DNA of 64,000 bases from Zygnema circumcarinatum SAG 698-1b (Eukaryota > Plantae > Zygnematophyceae): assembly GCA_037447605.1 (NCBI GenBank), contig CM074810.1, forward strand, positions 1,026,880-1,090,879, written 5' to 3'. Within the stretch, counting starts at the first letter, position 1. Every line of letters begins with the position of its first letter. The notes beneath the pieces are model-generated. The model made no database searches. It was not told where the DNA came from and worked only from the letters and a program-made list of their open reading frames with translations. Both the position numbers and the translations under genes were made by a program. Below, in pieces: positions 36,301-51,925 of the stretch.

Positions 36301-39300
36301 CGAGTTTAGGGTTGAGAGCCGTACATCGTCGCTGCATGACGTCACGTTCAGGTCCACCACTGCTTGAGGAGTCCGAGCGCAGACAGTGGCACAGTCCAAA
36401 AACGCTGCCGATATGGCCAGACGCTGCTCAAAAAATTCATCGTCCGAAGGCTTGCAAATTGCTTGAAGGCATGTCGAGATCGACGCACAAGCCTTCAAAG
36501 TGCACCCAAAAAACCAATGTCCGACAGTAAGCCCTCAAAGCATTCACTATCACACGCAAGGAAACCCTAAGCTTAATATTGGCCTGACCCTCCAAAAGTT
36601 GCAATCACAATCTTCACCTGATTTTCAGTTCGACTGTACTGACACACAGTGGAACTCTCCACTTCCCTCCTCTCCCCTCCCATTCCGCAAAACCTAAAAT
36701 GTGCTCCTTTAGATCCCTGACGAACCAAACGCTAACAAGCAGGAAGCCTTAAAACCCTCAAAGGAGGGCAGGTGCTTACTTCTCTGCATGCATCGAACAG
36801 CGGCTGAGTCTCATTGCAGCCTCCAAAACGGAGCAAATCCGTCTGATTGCCCGCCATAGTAATCTGCCCCTTCACTCCTCCCGAGGGTGCATTCAGCTGA
36901 AGCTTCCAGTCGCCATCGGGGAGGTCCAACTGAATCTCGTTGTTTTCCTGATGGAGCTCCAAAAAGACCTGGTCACTTGAATACCTGGGGAAGTGAAGAA
37001 AAGGAAACACTAGGACTCCAAGCTTAGGGTTTGTTCGATTGCTTTTTTGAGCGTTGGTTGGAAAGCCTGGCTTGCACAATTGAAAGAGTTATAAAGCTTC
37101 GCTATTTGGTAGTGCCCAATGGCCGAGAATGGAATACATTCAGATCTCAGGAGTGCACTTAAACAGTCAGGGGATTACTTAAGATTTGAATGGTGCAGTT
37201 CTTTATGAGAGTAGGAGTAGGAGGAGGAGAGGGCGAAGGTGAGAGTGGGTGAGGGAACGGAAGAGGCAGAAGCAGAGAGAGAGGGGAGAGGGAGAGAGGG
37301 GAGAGGGGAGAGGGNNNNNNNNNNGGGGAGAGGGGAGAGGGGAGAGGGGAGAGGAGAGAGGGGAGAGGGAGAGAAAGAGGAACAGGAAAGCGAGAGAGAT
37401 ACGGGAAAGATAAAAAGAGATGAGAGAGCTGGGAGAGCGGGGAAGGAGAGAGGAGAGAGTAGTTCACGGTGAATAGAAGTTCCAAATATGTTCGCGGTTT
37501 AAAGAACTTTTGGAACACATTCCCGCAATAAATCTAGTACAATCCACACATTCTTTCTTCTTGCTCTGACTCTCTGCAGCAGTGTTGACGAGCAGAAGGC
37601 CTCACCAGCAGAGCCCGACGGGGAGCGACATGCAGAGGTTCCATGAGGCGGCCGCCTGATCCTGCGGCGACGCGAAGTCGTTCGAGAGGCTGAGCACGAC
37701 TGCCGTCGTGTTCTCGAACTTGCCGCAGTCCGCCAAACAGCCAAACCGTCCGAACTGCTGGTGCTCCGTCGGCGACTCGCAGATGCCGTTGCCGCACAAT
37801 GGATCCGCCCACACCATCTGCATGCCGAACCCGCACATTGCAGGAACTTTATAGTCAAAATATGACACGCCAAACGTAATAATGCAGACCCAACAATAAT
37901 CTTGCCGGTCGAATCTTGATCTTGCAGCTCTTACCCATGTCACTCATCGTAGGATCTCATCGAACCTAAAGTCAAAGAATAAAAGGTAAAGGAAGGAGTC
38001 TATGCGTATTACAAAGGACGATAGAAAAACGCATGTAGAGGAAAAAATAAAGAGGGAAAAGGAGAAAAAAATCAGCAAACCTGAATGAACGAGTCATTTA
38101 GCCAATTATATATGTCGGAAGGGCCGTTGGAAAATATGACTGGAGCAGTCCCGCTTGCGCCCTGCAAACAGACACCTTAAACTACTTCATACCATACACT
38201 CAATGAATAAAATAATCGGTTCATATTAGGCTTTCCACAACCTTCTCCTCCTGAGTCACTTCCACCTACAAGCCTGAAGAGCAATAAACTCCTCCTATGG
38301 TGCATGCATGACAGTGAAGATTCGAGGTTTTCTCGAATGGTAAAATGTTTGATATGTAGCCGTTCAGGGTTTCCAAGAATCTTACTAAAACATTGAAGGA
38401 TTTTATGGTTTCCATTTTCACATGAAGTAAGCAGAGAGAGAGTTGACATAACGAAGGAAAGGAGAGAGAACGAGAGAGAGAGAAAGAGGGAGGCGTGGCA
38501 GACCAGTGAGAGGGAGCCAAGGGAGTTGCAAAAGGAAAAGGGAACACCTGACTATATTTGAATGTAGAAGACTTTTGAAAGAGTAAGAGACAGAGAGAAA
38601 GCTGCAACCCTAATACTCTGTGAATGTAATCGAAGCATGTGAGGAAATTCTCACCGGAGGAAGTAAGGCTTGATGAGAAGTAGAAATCTCATAAGTGAGA
38701 AATGAGTTCGCTTGCAGGTACAACACCGCGATGTACAGAGCCGTGAACAGAACGAACGATCCCAACTGAATGTACTTCCAAATGTGGTCGTTGGCCTGAT
38801 GAACTTTGGTATAAATTTCTGCACTCTCCTTCAAAAACCTATCAAAGGCAAGTTCACACTGTTGAACTGAGCCCTACTTCTTTCTCAGCTTCTTCAATTT
38901 CATCCTTAAGAGATTTTCCTTTCCTAGATATTTTCAGCAATCTTAATCATTCAGTGCACAGCACACTTGTCCCCAAAAGCTTATTCCAAAGTTGAACAGG
39001 CGCACAAGCATCCTATGCTTTCCCTCAAAGCTCCGGTTAACAAAGACATAAAAACATACATGTCCTTCCTAAAACCTCGCCGCCAAAAGCATAGCATGGT
39101 GAACAACATGAACCATTCGATCAAAGGGTCTTGGGATTCACATCACTTGCTAAACACTCAACACGAGTGACTCCGTACAAACAATCCCGTACATCACGTC
39201 CGTACGAAAATTCCGTACGATTCTATGTCCGATTGTACGAATCTCAACACACACGTGTTGGAAGCTTGAACTTCGCCCAACGAATTTGGGATTGGTCATG

Positions 39301-39824
39301 GACCCATGGCAGCCACATTCTCCAGCTAGTCCCCTTGCTCCAATGGGAAAAGGGAGAATGTTGCATGTTCTATTGACATTCCGTGTTTCATTGTGCACAA
39401 AGGCAAGACATTCATATCTCCTCATGTCATGGCATTGCTGGTACAATCATGTTGACCTTGCAGGTCTTGCTCTTCCTCCATGGTAACGTTGCGCTCGCCA
39501 TCGCCGCCTGTATCGAATATGACTCTGCATTCAACACCGTCGCATTCTCAGCTGCAATGAAAACCTTAAACATACATGAACCGTAAGTTGAACCTTCAAA
39601 CAGATCCTGAAATTATATTTTCAATTTATATATTTTTTTGCTTTACATCCGTCCCTCCTCTCCCTCTCTCTCTCGCTCCATCTCCATCCTTCCCTCCCCT
39701 CCTCTATCCCTCCCTCTCTCCCTCACTCTCCTGGTCTCTCTCCCCCTATCCCCCCTCCCTCTACTTACTGCTCCTCCGCCACATAAACAAGCTCGTCCCG
39801 CAACCCGATGTCCTGCGCCGCCAT
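24373..39824 (-). CDS. PKD2: Polycystin-2-like (PKD2/TRPP) cation channel, ~23 exons, with a very large S1-S2 extracellular region
   Basis: Start MAAQDIGLRDE. TM1 IWKYIQLGSFVLFTALYIAVLYLQ (~38700). WADPLCGNGICESP..FGRFGCLADCG (~37750). LNR motif (~32000). FPLHFDINLG...YLTDGFFYD...VQLLTYN (~29950). DWVRLGLEIVF...FVSIWNYID (~29450). LRILKLMDFQPRMGTITRTI...FLGYSVYGHVVFG (~28150). Pore and S6 FSTMGLSLNTMFNVLVGD...FNLLIAIIIEAY (~27400). Coiled-coil end ...LERIEFKL...ARG* (24373). Confidence 0.92.
26060..26880. repeat. ~820 bp GA-rich tract in a PKD2 intron (polypyrimidine on the transcribed strand)
   Basis: Almost purely G/A, made of GAGAGG-type units. Confidence 0.95.
30510..31005. repeat. Degenerate ~42 bp minisatellite (~12 copies) with a telomere-like core, in a PKD2 intron
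   Basis: Approximate consensus TAACTTTAGGGTTTCAGAGCATAATATGAGGGTTTCATACCC. Confidence 0.85.
33000..33830. repeat. GA-rich minisatellite, ~140 bp period, in a PKD2 intron
   Basis: The anchor GGA(A)TTTT..AG recurs near 33131, 33274, 33412 and 33541 within GGGA-rich units. Confidence 0.8.
38858..39240. repeat. Dispersed ~390 bp repeat, copy 2, inside a PKD2 intron
   Basis: Colinear with 2858-3250. Confidence 0.9.
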
Positions 39825-39829
39825 GGCTG

Positions 39830-40300
39830 CAGGGGGGGGGGGAGGGAGAGGGAGAGGGAGAGGGAGGGAGAGGGAGAGGGAGAGGGAGAGGGAGAGGGAG
39901 AGGGAGAGGGAGGGAGAGGAGAGGGAGAGGGAGAGGGAGAGGGAGAGGGAGAGGGAGAGGGAGAGGGAGAGGGAGAGGGAGAGGGAGGGAGGGAGGGAGA
40001 GGGAGAGGGAGAGGAGAGGGAGAGGGAGAGGGAGAGGGAGAGGGAGAGGGAGAGGGAGGAGGGAGAGAGAGGGAGAGGGAGGGAGAGGGAGAGGAGAGGA
40101 GAGGAGAGGGAGAGGGAGAGGGAGAGGGAGAGGGAGAGGAGAGGGAGAGGGAGAGGAGGAGGAGAGGGAGAGGGAGAGGGAGAGGGAGGGAGAGGGAGAG
40201 GAGAGGGAGGGAGAGGGAGAGGGAGAGGGAGAGGGAGAGTGAGAGGGAGAGGGAGAGGAGAGGAGAGGGAGAGGGAGGGAGAAGGAACGGGAATGGGAGA
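39830..40300. repeat. (GAGAGG)n tract immediately upstream of the PKD2 start codon
   Basis: Read directly. Confidence 0.95.
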
Positions 40301-40981
40301 GCGGGACCATCTTTCGCGCTGGGTCAAGGGGCAGTGTGACGCGCAACACGACAAAACACAGGCGCCCTTCTTGTCTCGTGGATGACCGGTGGACTCCGAC
40401 AAACGGCCGTTATTCGGGCCGCCGCCCGGAGACCGACACTTTTCCCTCCGGCCCAAAAACAAGTCGTCGCAATCGCCAAACGTTTTGCGGCAGCCCGACG
40501 GGCAGGGCAGAAGATTTTCCACGCCAAAAAATCCGATCCTCCTGGCGCATGCTCTACATATCCTTATTTTTGGCAGGCCGTTGTGCCGGGCACCAGGACA
40601 AGAACTATTCAACTCTTTCGTCCGTTTCGTTCGTTCCGACAAAACAGTTTCGCTAAGAATCCGGAACCGTCTTGTCGGTCCCACGTGGCGTCCGAACAGG
40701 CTGCCATTTGGCTTTCCTGGGTCCAGCTTGTCGCGTAGTTTACTTTGCCACTTGGCACTCTTGGACTGACCAATCCTATTCGAGCCAATAACAACATGCC
40801 ACGTCAACATACAACTGCCACGTCCGCTTGCATCCAAATTCCGGAGTGTCAAAATGGGCCAATGGTTGTTGGTGGCCAGTCAGGCCACGCCACTCCACGT
40901 GGTTACGCCACGTGTCTGGCGGCACAGTGAGCGGCGGCTGAAACTTTTCGTTGGCGCCAAAGCGGGAAAACGCCTTGGAGA

Positions 40982-41165
40982 CCCGCCAGCTCAGAGTGAA
41001 GTCCTCGCCAATGATGGCTCGCCGCGTACGCAGCATCGGCCACGTGGCGAAGATCCATTGGCGACCCTCCAACCCCATTCGCCGTACGGCGCGCATTTCA
41101 GTGATCGCTACGGCCGCCGAGGGCGCACGTGCGAGAGGTCCTCGTCGCCGCGTCCTCCACCTCTC
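40982..41165. mobile_element. Dispersed GC-rich element, copy 2 (ERSE dyad 41008-41061), followed by a CT-rich ~60 bp minisatellite to ~41560
   Basis: Colinear with 22673-22850. Confidence 0.65.
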
Positions 41166-41794
41166 CACTCCCCCTCTCCCTCTCCCTCTCCCTCACCCTC
41201 GCCAACACCCTCTCACTCGCCCAAATCCTCTCCCTTCCCCCCTCCCACGCCCTCGCCCTCTACCTCTCCCTCTCCCTCTCCCTCTCCCACACCCTCTCCC
41301 TTCCCCCCTCCCACGCCCTCGCCCTCTACCTCTCCCTCTCCCTCTCCCACACCCTCTCCCTTCCCCCCTCCCACGCCCTCGCCCTCTACCTCTCCCTCTC
41401 CCTCTCCCACACCCTCTCCCGTCCCCCCTCGCACGCCCTCGCCCTCTCCCTCTCCCTCTCCCACTCCCTCTCCCTCTCCCTCTCCCTCTCCCTCTCCCTC
41501 GCCCACACCCTCTCCCTTCCTCCATCTCACGCCCTAGCCCTCTCCCTCTCCCCCTAGATTTCCCCATGCGCCGTACATAATGACGTACTCACGTGACGTC
41601 AATGCTCGTCAGCATGAAGCAGATGACCGTACGGGATAGTTTTTTGCTGGAAACTGAAACTGCGCTGTGCGGTTTCCTCCGATTTTTCAAAATTCGAAAT
41701 TTGATTTAATATTTTCCTTTTTAAAACCCCAGGATCGCAACTATTTACAGCTCTAATTCCCCGTCAGAGAACCGTTTGGTGGACAAAGGAACGT

Positions 41795-42115
41795 TTTCCA
41801 ACCATTGGTTGACGACCAATACAATGGACAGTTTCTTCAGGCATTTGCCAGTAGTTGGCAATGGTTGGTAACCAACCATTGATTGGTAAGAAAACGACAG
41901 TTATAGCTCGAATGGACGGCGATTTGGGCAGACCTTGCCGAGGTCTTTTAGGGTTTTACGTGACAACTTTGGTCGTGTGATGGAACACAAGTCTCATCCC
42001 TATTGCCGTTTGGGTTTGGAAATGGCTACGTTCCCCAATGGTTGGTTGCCAACCGTTGGCCACCAAGGGCATGAGAAGAATGTTGGAGTCGGGAGTTGTT
42101 GGAACCGGCCAATGT
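41795..42115. repeat. CAACCATTG/CAATGGTTG palindromic repeat family copies
   Basis: CCAACCATTGGTTG, GGCAATGGTTGGTAACCAACCATTG and CCAATGGTTGGTTGCCAACC. Confidence 0.7.
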
Positions 42116-42537
42116 CCTTGGTTAGAGCAGGGGATGACATAGGCACTCGCACCGCCACAAGTTCATTATTTGCGGGATACAGAACAGCACTATCTCACAT
42201 ATACACAAATCTAGTTGCACCTGGAGCAGCCACCTGTCTTATTCGCTTTTCATTTATAAAAAAAAGCAAAAAATGGCCACCCCCATTGGAACAGAGACCT
42301 GCTCGCCTCCCTTCGAAGCACTCGCCCGAAGGCCCTTCTCATATCGTACACTGATTGACTCAAACTCCCAGCTTCGGTCAGAAACGGCTTTAAATTCGCA
42401 CCACTGCGCACAGCCTCTCGCTCTGTGCAGAGCGCGCCTCTCTCACTCTCTCGCTCTCTTTCTCTCTCTCTCTCCCTTTCTCTCTCTCTCTCTCCCCTTC
42501 CCCACCCCCCCCCAACATGGAACGCGCTGCCTGCCTC

Positions 42538-45656
<3,119 letters not shown>

Positions 45657-45684
45657 GGCTCCTCTCCTTCAAGGTAGGAACAAG

Positions 45685-45715
<31 letters not shown>

Positions 45716-45729
45716 TCTCTCTCACACAC

Positions 45730-46000
45730 ACTCTCTCTCGATATTCTCAGGACACACTCACTCTCTCTCTCCCACTCTCTCTCCCTCTCGATATTCTCAG
45801 GACGCTCTCTCTCCCCTCCCTCTCGCTCTCCCACTCTCGATATTCTCAGGACGCTCTCTCTCCTCCCACTCTCTCTCTCCCACTCTCGATATTCTCAGGA
45901 CTCGCTCTCCTCCCTCTCTCTCTCTCCCACTCGATATTCTCAGGACGCTCTCTCCTCCCTCTCTCTCCCACTCGATATTCCCAGGACGCTCTCTCACTCT
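45730..46000. repeat. ~47 bp minisatellite x6 (core CTCGATATTCTCAGGAC) upstream of the KAB1 ATG
   Basis: Core at 45737, 45787, 45836, 45885, 45930 and 45971. Confidence 0.9.
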
Positions 46001-46061
46001 CTCCACGCTTCACAGACCTGTTGGGAGGCACAGTGCCTACTGTGCACCTCGAGTCGATTAG

Positions 46062-46115
46062 CCAGTCAGAGTCTGCCACGTCATTGCATATGACCACGTG
46101 GTGCACCATCATTGG
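46062..46115. promoter_or_regulatory. Inverted ERSE-type pair upstream of KAB1
   Basis: CCAGT-cagagtctg-CCACG (46062-46080) and CGTGG-tgcaccatc-ATTGG (46097-46115). Confidence 0.65.
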
Positions 46116-47178
46116 TTTTCGCTCCGAGTCCAAGGAGAGCACCCGCTGGGGTCGGAGATCTGCTCGTGGTTTCCGACCGACATGTTCTATGGCGCACAGT
46201 TCCGAACTGGCCGTAAAACTGTGAGAGCCGCAATTGCGACACAGATCCAGTCGCACCTTCCCTCTCCACTTTTTCTAAGTCCGTGCAAAACGCCACTAAA
46301 AACTTCGCCTTGCTCTGCTCCACACATCGCAACTTGCTGCTGTTGGGGTGCTTGTTGGGAGAGAGGGTGGTGTTTGGGGGGGGGGGGGAGGAGGAGGGAG
46401 GGGGAGGGGGAGGGGGAAGGGGGGGTGATGGTGGAAGAGCTCATGCTTAAGAGTGGGGTGGTTTGTCTCAAAACGTTTCTTAAGCACATGTTGTTTGGGA
46501 AATGGCCAGATAGAGGTAACAGGCAATAGAGACGTGTACATGGCTCCAAACCCATGAGATATTTGCGAAGGGCTGGACACAGGTCAGACAAAGAGACAGA
46601 AAGGTTGCGAGCACTGTGGGCCGAAGAAAATTCAGAACTAGAACAAAGTCACACATTGTGTGTAAGATTGAGCAGTCAATAAGGCCCTACACAGCATTGA
46701 GAAGTAGCCTCGACCCCAAGTGCTAAAGTACTCCCCAGGAAGAGAAATTCCGCACTAATGCCGAGTGAGTTCCGAGAGTACACAGGTCATGTCCGGTCAG
46801 AGAGAGGGCAAATGTGCCATGGCTTCACAGCCCCAGGAGGGGAAAGGCACCATGCGATGCCGACTCGTCCATGTATGGACCCATGACCAATGCCCTAATC
46901 CTTCAAATGGTTCATGTAACAACACAAATCCATAACGGACAGTCGACCGCAAGTGGCGTACAACGATGGCGGCCCGAGAGGCTCGTTTTGGGCCCGAAAA
47001 GAGAGGATAAGTTAGCAGCGGTGCGACCTACATTAGAGCATGAGAGGTACTTGAGCTGCAATTGGCTCCACGGAAGCCATATCGCACTCAGGTTGTCTTC
47101 ATTCTGGAGACAGTCACCGCTTGCAAAAGGAGATGAAGAAGAGGTGTCAGATGCGTTGGCAGACGGGTGTCTGACTCC

Positions 47179-48002
47179 TTAGCTGTTCATCAGCGCCTTG
47201 TTTAGGCGGTTCAAGACTGCTATCGCTTGCTTGTTGGAGGGGTCTAGGCGAGTGACTTCTCGAAGGTCTGCAACGCCCAACTTGTACTTCTCCATGCTCT
47301 CGTAAAGCGCAGCTCTCTGCATCAGCACGACAGTGTTCTCGGGCAGAAGCTCCAAGACCTGCACCGAAACACAAAGAACAATTAGAAGGGCTGACCATAT
47401 CGTGAAATAACACGACTTGGACCAAATGGTCACTCTAGGTGAAAAGGATCGAGTGGCAGCGCTCCAAAGGGAAGGAGGATTTACTCATTTTGGCCGGAAA
47501 AGAGTGAGGCATTGTTCGGTGAGCACATTGGCCATAGAATAAAGCTTCAGTTCTCCATCGTCATGGAAACCAAGACTTGCAAGCAGCCACGGGACCGTAG
47601 AGTGAGGTTACTTGCCTTAGTGCAATCAGTGACAGCCTTCTTCATCTCTCCTGCCTCCTTGTAGCAGGTGGCCCTTGTAGAGAGAATCTCCACCATACCT
47701 GTGCCATCACTGGCACTCTGACACAGTTGTTCTGCCCAAACCAACCACTTTATCGCATCTGCATACTGCCCTCCCTTGTAGTATTCGGTCCCTTTTTTTA
47801 GGGATAAAGCTGCATTAACTCCTATCGGAGGAGGCCCAACCCCTTCAAGCTCATGCGTAGTCTCACTTTCCTGATATTCGCCCCACGATTCTCCCCACTC
47901 ACCGTTGACTTCAGCAGGCGAAGAGACAGGAGGCGCTGAATCAGCCTTGGGCTTCATGAGAAGGGCTTCTAATGGGTCCACTCGGGGTGCTTGACGAGGG
48001 GC

Positions 48003-48051
<49 letters not shown>

Positions 48052-50358
48052 TCCATACCTCCATATGGATTTGCCTGACTTGAAGGAGCATTACTTGCTG
48101 ATCCAAATATGGCGTCAAAGGGATCTGCATTCCCAGCCTGTGCTGGGGAAGTCCGTGAAGGTTCTGCCATAGCGGAGCCGAACACAGAGGCAAAAGGATC
48201 TCCTGAGCTGAATGAAGATGCACCTGCTGCAGGCTTTGTAGGCTGGGCAGAAGAAGGAGAGCTGAACACGAAGGGGTCACTAAAGAGGTTTTCTGAGCTA
48301 GCGAAAGGATCAGCTGAAGGAGGAGGAGGGCCCCCTGCTGCGGGTGCCATTGGTGGGGCTGAGCCAAAGGCATTTCCAGCCGCAGGTGCGGATTCAAACT
48401 CTGCAAAATCGTCATCATGGTTGCTTGGCTGAGGAATTGGTTCACCAGACTGAAAATCATCAAAAGCATCTCCTGTGTCCCCAGGAAAGTATGCGGCCTG
48501 TCCGGTTGGTGGTTGAGCTGCGGGTGCCCCCATATTAAATACGTCAAAGGAATCGGAGGGATCTGCTGATGTAGCAGCTGGAAAGAAGCTATGATCTTCA
48601 ACTTCACTAACTTCAACTGACACTGTCTGGGCTCGCAAGCGGACCGTAGTTGCACCCTTTGTATCGGTGGCCGGTCGATCAGCATTTATCTCCCCAAAAC
48701 CTGCGGAAGTCGAACCTAGAGATGTGTGCAGATTGCCCATACTGAATGGATCGGTTACTTGCACTTTTGGAGCTAATGCAGCAGCAGCAGTTGCTTGAGC
48801 TTTTGTCAATGAAGCAGCTTCTTTTGCCTTTTTCAAGGACCCTAAGGAGACAGGTGCAGGACCTGTCAGACTACCAAAGGGGTCATAACCTGGAGAGTCA
48901 GCTTTTGGAGCAGCTGAACCGCTACTGTGCGAGCGACCGAAACTAGGTTTCACTGAAGATGAGCCTGACACAGACGAGCCAAACGTATTGGAAAACGGAG
49001 TGCTGCCTTTTATGACACTGGCTGATCCAAACGAGCTTGAAGGTACCGACTTTACAGAAGTTGCAGAATTCTTCCAAAGATCAGCGAGGGAATCTGACTT
49101 CGTTGTTGAACCGACAAGACCGGCCGAGGCAGCCGGGGATGCCGCCCAAGTACTGGGGGTTGGAGCAGACGAAAATGATTGCATGCCGGCAGCAGGAATA
49201 TGTGTCCATGTCGTTTGGGAAGGGGCAGACGGAGTTCCGGCAGGCTTGCTTCCAAGGCCGTTTGGTCCGGAAGCAGGAGAAGTCCAGGAAGGAGACGAGC
49301 CTGAAAAGGCTGTGTTCGGACTGGATGTAGCCTAACCCACCCGAGCTTCAAATATCATCAATAGCTTGTTTTGTGCAGAAGCAAGAGAGTGAACAAGTCC
49401 ACAGAAGCAGATGCAGAGGCGACCATAAAAACTTTCATTTGAAAGCATATAAGCAAATTCACAAGCACTTAAAGGTAAAACCAAAGGAACATAGATGACG
49501 CTGCATAACTGCCAGATCTCCGGAACTCAGGAAAACGACGAGCTTAAGGTCAGAAAATTACTTGTCCCCTATTGCTTGCTGGACTTGGTTGTTGCCCTTT
49601 CTTTTCCTTCAGGCTCCCCAATGTTTGGCCTTTCGACGGTCCAGAAGTTCCGAGTCCGAAATCAAATTCGAAATTCTGTCATAAATCCACCACCCATTCA
49701 TGTTCTTTTCCCTTTCATGAGAGCACTAAACGCAGCTAACGAGAAAACTACATGTGAACAAGTGGAAAGGAAGAACATCAAACAGCAGACAGATGAAGTC
49801 AACATAGGTTATATGCATTCAGACTCCTTCTGCCCAGCAATGACAACGCCAAAGGCAGAGATCCTGGTGATCTAGAACCCCAAGAAACTAGCACGGGATT
49901 TGAGCACGTTCGAGGCTCCAGAAAAAGAGCCAAAGGGATGAGCAAACAACTGTCTGGGTTCTCGCCGAAAGAATGGGACTAGAAAAAGGTTGGTGTCTTT
50001 GCTGAAGATTCAGGCCATTTCTGGACCTAATGACACTCTGAATAACGCTAGGAAATATTCCAATGAATCGTGCCAAAAGTCCCCATGAATGCGCGTCTAA
50101 TCCTTTTATCTTCATCACGCTGCCCACGAGAGGTCCGAACTTCGCGTCCCCTGAGCTGAAAGTAGGCGCAACATCTCAACATCTGGAGTGAATGGCTAAG
50201 TGACTTAAAAAACTGGCTGGAATCGCAGTTCTTGCGGTCTCTGGAAACACATTGTGTGACAATGAGGAGGCCTTGTCACGTTGAAGATTTCAGATTGAAA
50301 TTACCTGGATCGGAGTCGCTGCACTGAGCAAGTTATTGGCTTTGCCTTTGTAATCCAT
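47179..50358 (-). CDS. TPR-repeat protein with a long S/P/A/F-rich disordered region and C-terminal TPRs (N-terminal exons tentative)
   Basis: C-terminus reads KKGTEYYKGGQYADAIKWL...ILSTRATCYKEAGEMKKAVTDCTK / VLELLPENTVVLMQRAALYESMEKYKLGVADLREVTRLDPSN...NS*. Exon NFEFDFGLG lies at ~49670. A candidate first exon MDYKGK... starts at 50358. Confidence 0.85.
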
Positions 50359-51925
50359 TGTTGCAGACTTCCCAAGATGCATAAAATTCCCTCGCACGAA
50401 CTTGAAAAGCAAGTCTGCGACACATGTGTTTGAATAAGCAAAAGAAAATCAAGTGTCAATGAAAGCGTACGTGTTCCTTAAGTGAAAATGGCCTGGCTCT
50501 AAAAGAACCGCCTTGGTTCAGCGAGGGCAGTCCACGGCATCCATGGTACATTCATTGCCAATCTTCACATGGCACAAAGGAAACATAATCATCTCAACAA
50601 ATTCCAGATGATCTTAAAGCTCTAACAGTCGAGAAGTAAAAGGGAAAGAGAGAGAGAAGGAGGAAGAGGGGGAGAGAGAGAGAGATTGAGCGGGGACGAG
50701 AATTTAAAAGTAGAGTAAACTAAAGAGGGGATAGAAGATAAGCCAAGAGGCATCGATAACAACAGAAATATCCTTGGAGTAACATTGGCATTCTACCGTT
50801 AAGCAAAAATGTGGCTGAGGAGGAAGGCCAGGGTTGAGGAGGACGCATATTGATATCAAGAACAACATTTTTTTTTTTCTTAGGAGTAAGTTACGTAAAC
50901 AGACTTTGATCAGTCTGTTAACACTTCCGCGCTCTTGAAACGTTATAAATGTCACCAGTCAAACATCAAGTGTACTATTCAATAGTTGAGCCTTACTGAA
51001 AAATATAGCTATCTTAAAGTCACATCATAGGCTTCCTTGGTACTCGAGGCCTTTCTTTTCGCCCGGCCCTTAAGAGCAATTCTTGTCAAATCATCAAATG
51101 ATCAGCCAACTGAAGCCTCCGAACTAATCCAACGACACTCCCTTCAGATTCGTCAGCCATTCAGAATGTTGAAATAAAAAAGGCTGCCCGCTCTTCGCTC
51201 CCCGAGCTCATCCCGAAAACGCCTGTTCACTGCCACTCCTGACCTAAGCCTCCTCCAAAATCTTGTAACAAATCCCAAACGCATACTTGCATGCGCTCTG
51301 CTTACCTCCCCGGGAAAGCCGAAAGCTTCACAGGAATGGCGAACCTCCTGCCCTGCCGCTTCAAGCCAGCAGGAGGGAGGCCATGGCGGAGAGACGGACG
51401 GCTCGCAGAATGGAGGAGACGGTTGGGGACCCCCCCCGGCATGGCATGAGGGGGCGCTCCATGCTCGCAGTTCGCCAGAACCAGTTAAACGTTTCAGATA
51501 AAAAACGAACGGAACGGGACGGAATTCCGTGAAGCGACACGGCCTTGCATTTGCATTAGCATGCCTGATTGATCGTCGGTATTCGCAAACACATCCCTTG
51601 GGAATCTATTCCCACGCACTTGCAAGCTCTGGAATCTTGTTATTATTAGTAGTATTATTATTATTTTTGAATGCCAATGCTTACTTTTTAACTTCGGTCT
51701 GCAACTTCGCACGATGTGCCAGGCAAAGGCAAGATTGGTTGCAGGAAGTAACGCGACATATGTATACTTCCTCCGTTTTAGAGCACAAAATATACATCAA
51801 ATACATGCCGCCAACCCTATCTTGTATCTACTTTGCCAATACATTGAACGTAGCCAATTCTGTCATGAATGTCATGACTTTTGAGTCCAAAACAATAACA
51901 ACAACAACAACAATAATCAAAAGCT

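Noticed and set aside
7342-37324. N runs at 7342-7351, 31748-31757, 35488-35497 and 37315-37324
   Set aside because: They are uniform 10-N scaffold gaps in low-complexity tracts. They are technical, but local repeat lengths are therefore unreliable.
39576-41580. Multiple long overlapping ORFs (extensin-like SPSP, RGRG)
   Set aside because: They arise from (GAGAGG)n and CT repeats. Only the short PKD2 exon 1 is supported.
49555-49585. In-frame TAG just before a strong GTAATT donor in the TPR gene (possible readthrough)
   Set aside because: An upstream phase-2 GT donor joined to the CAG acceptor near 49322 keeps the frame without readthrough.
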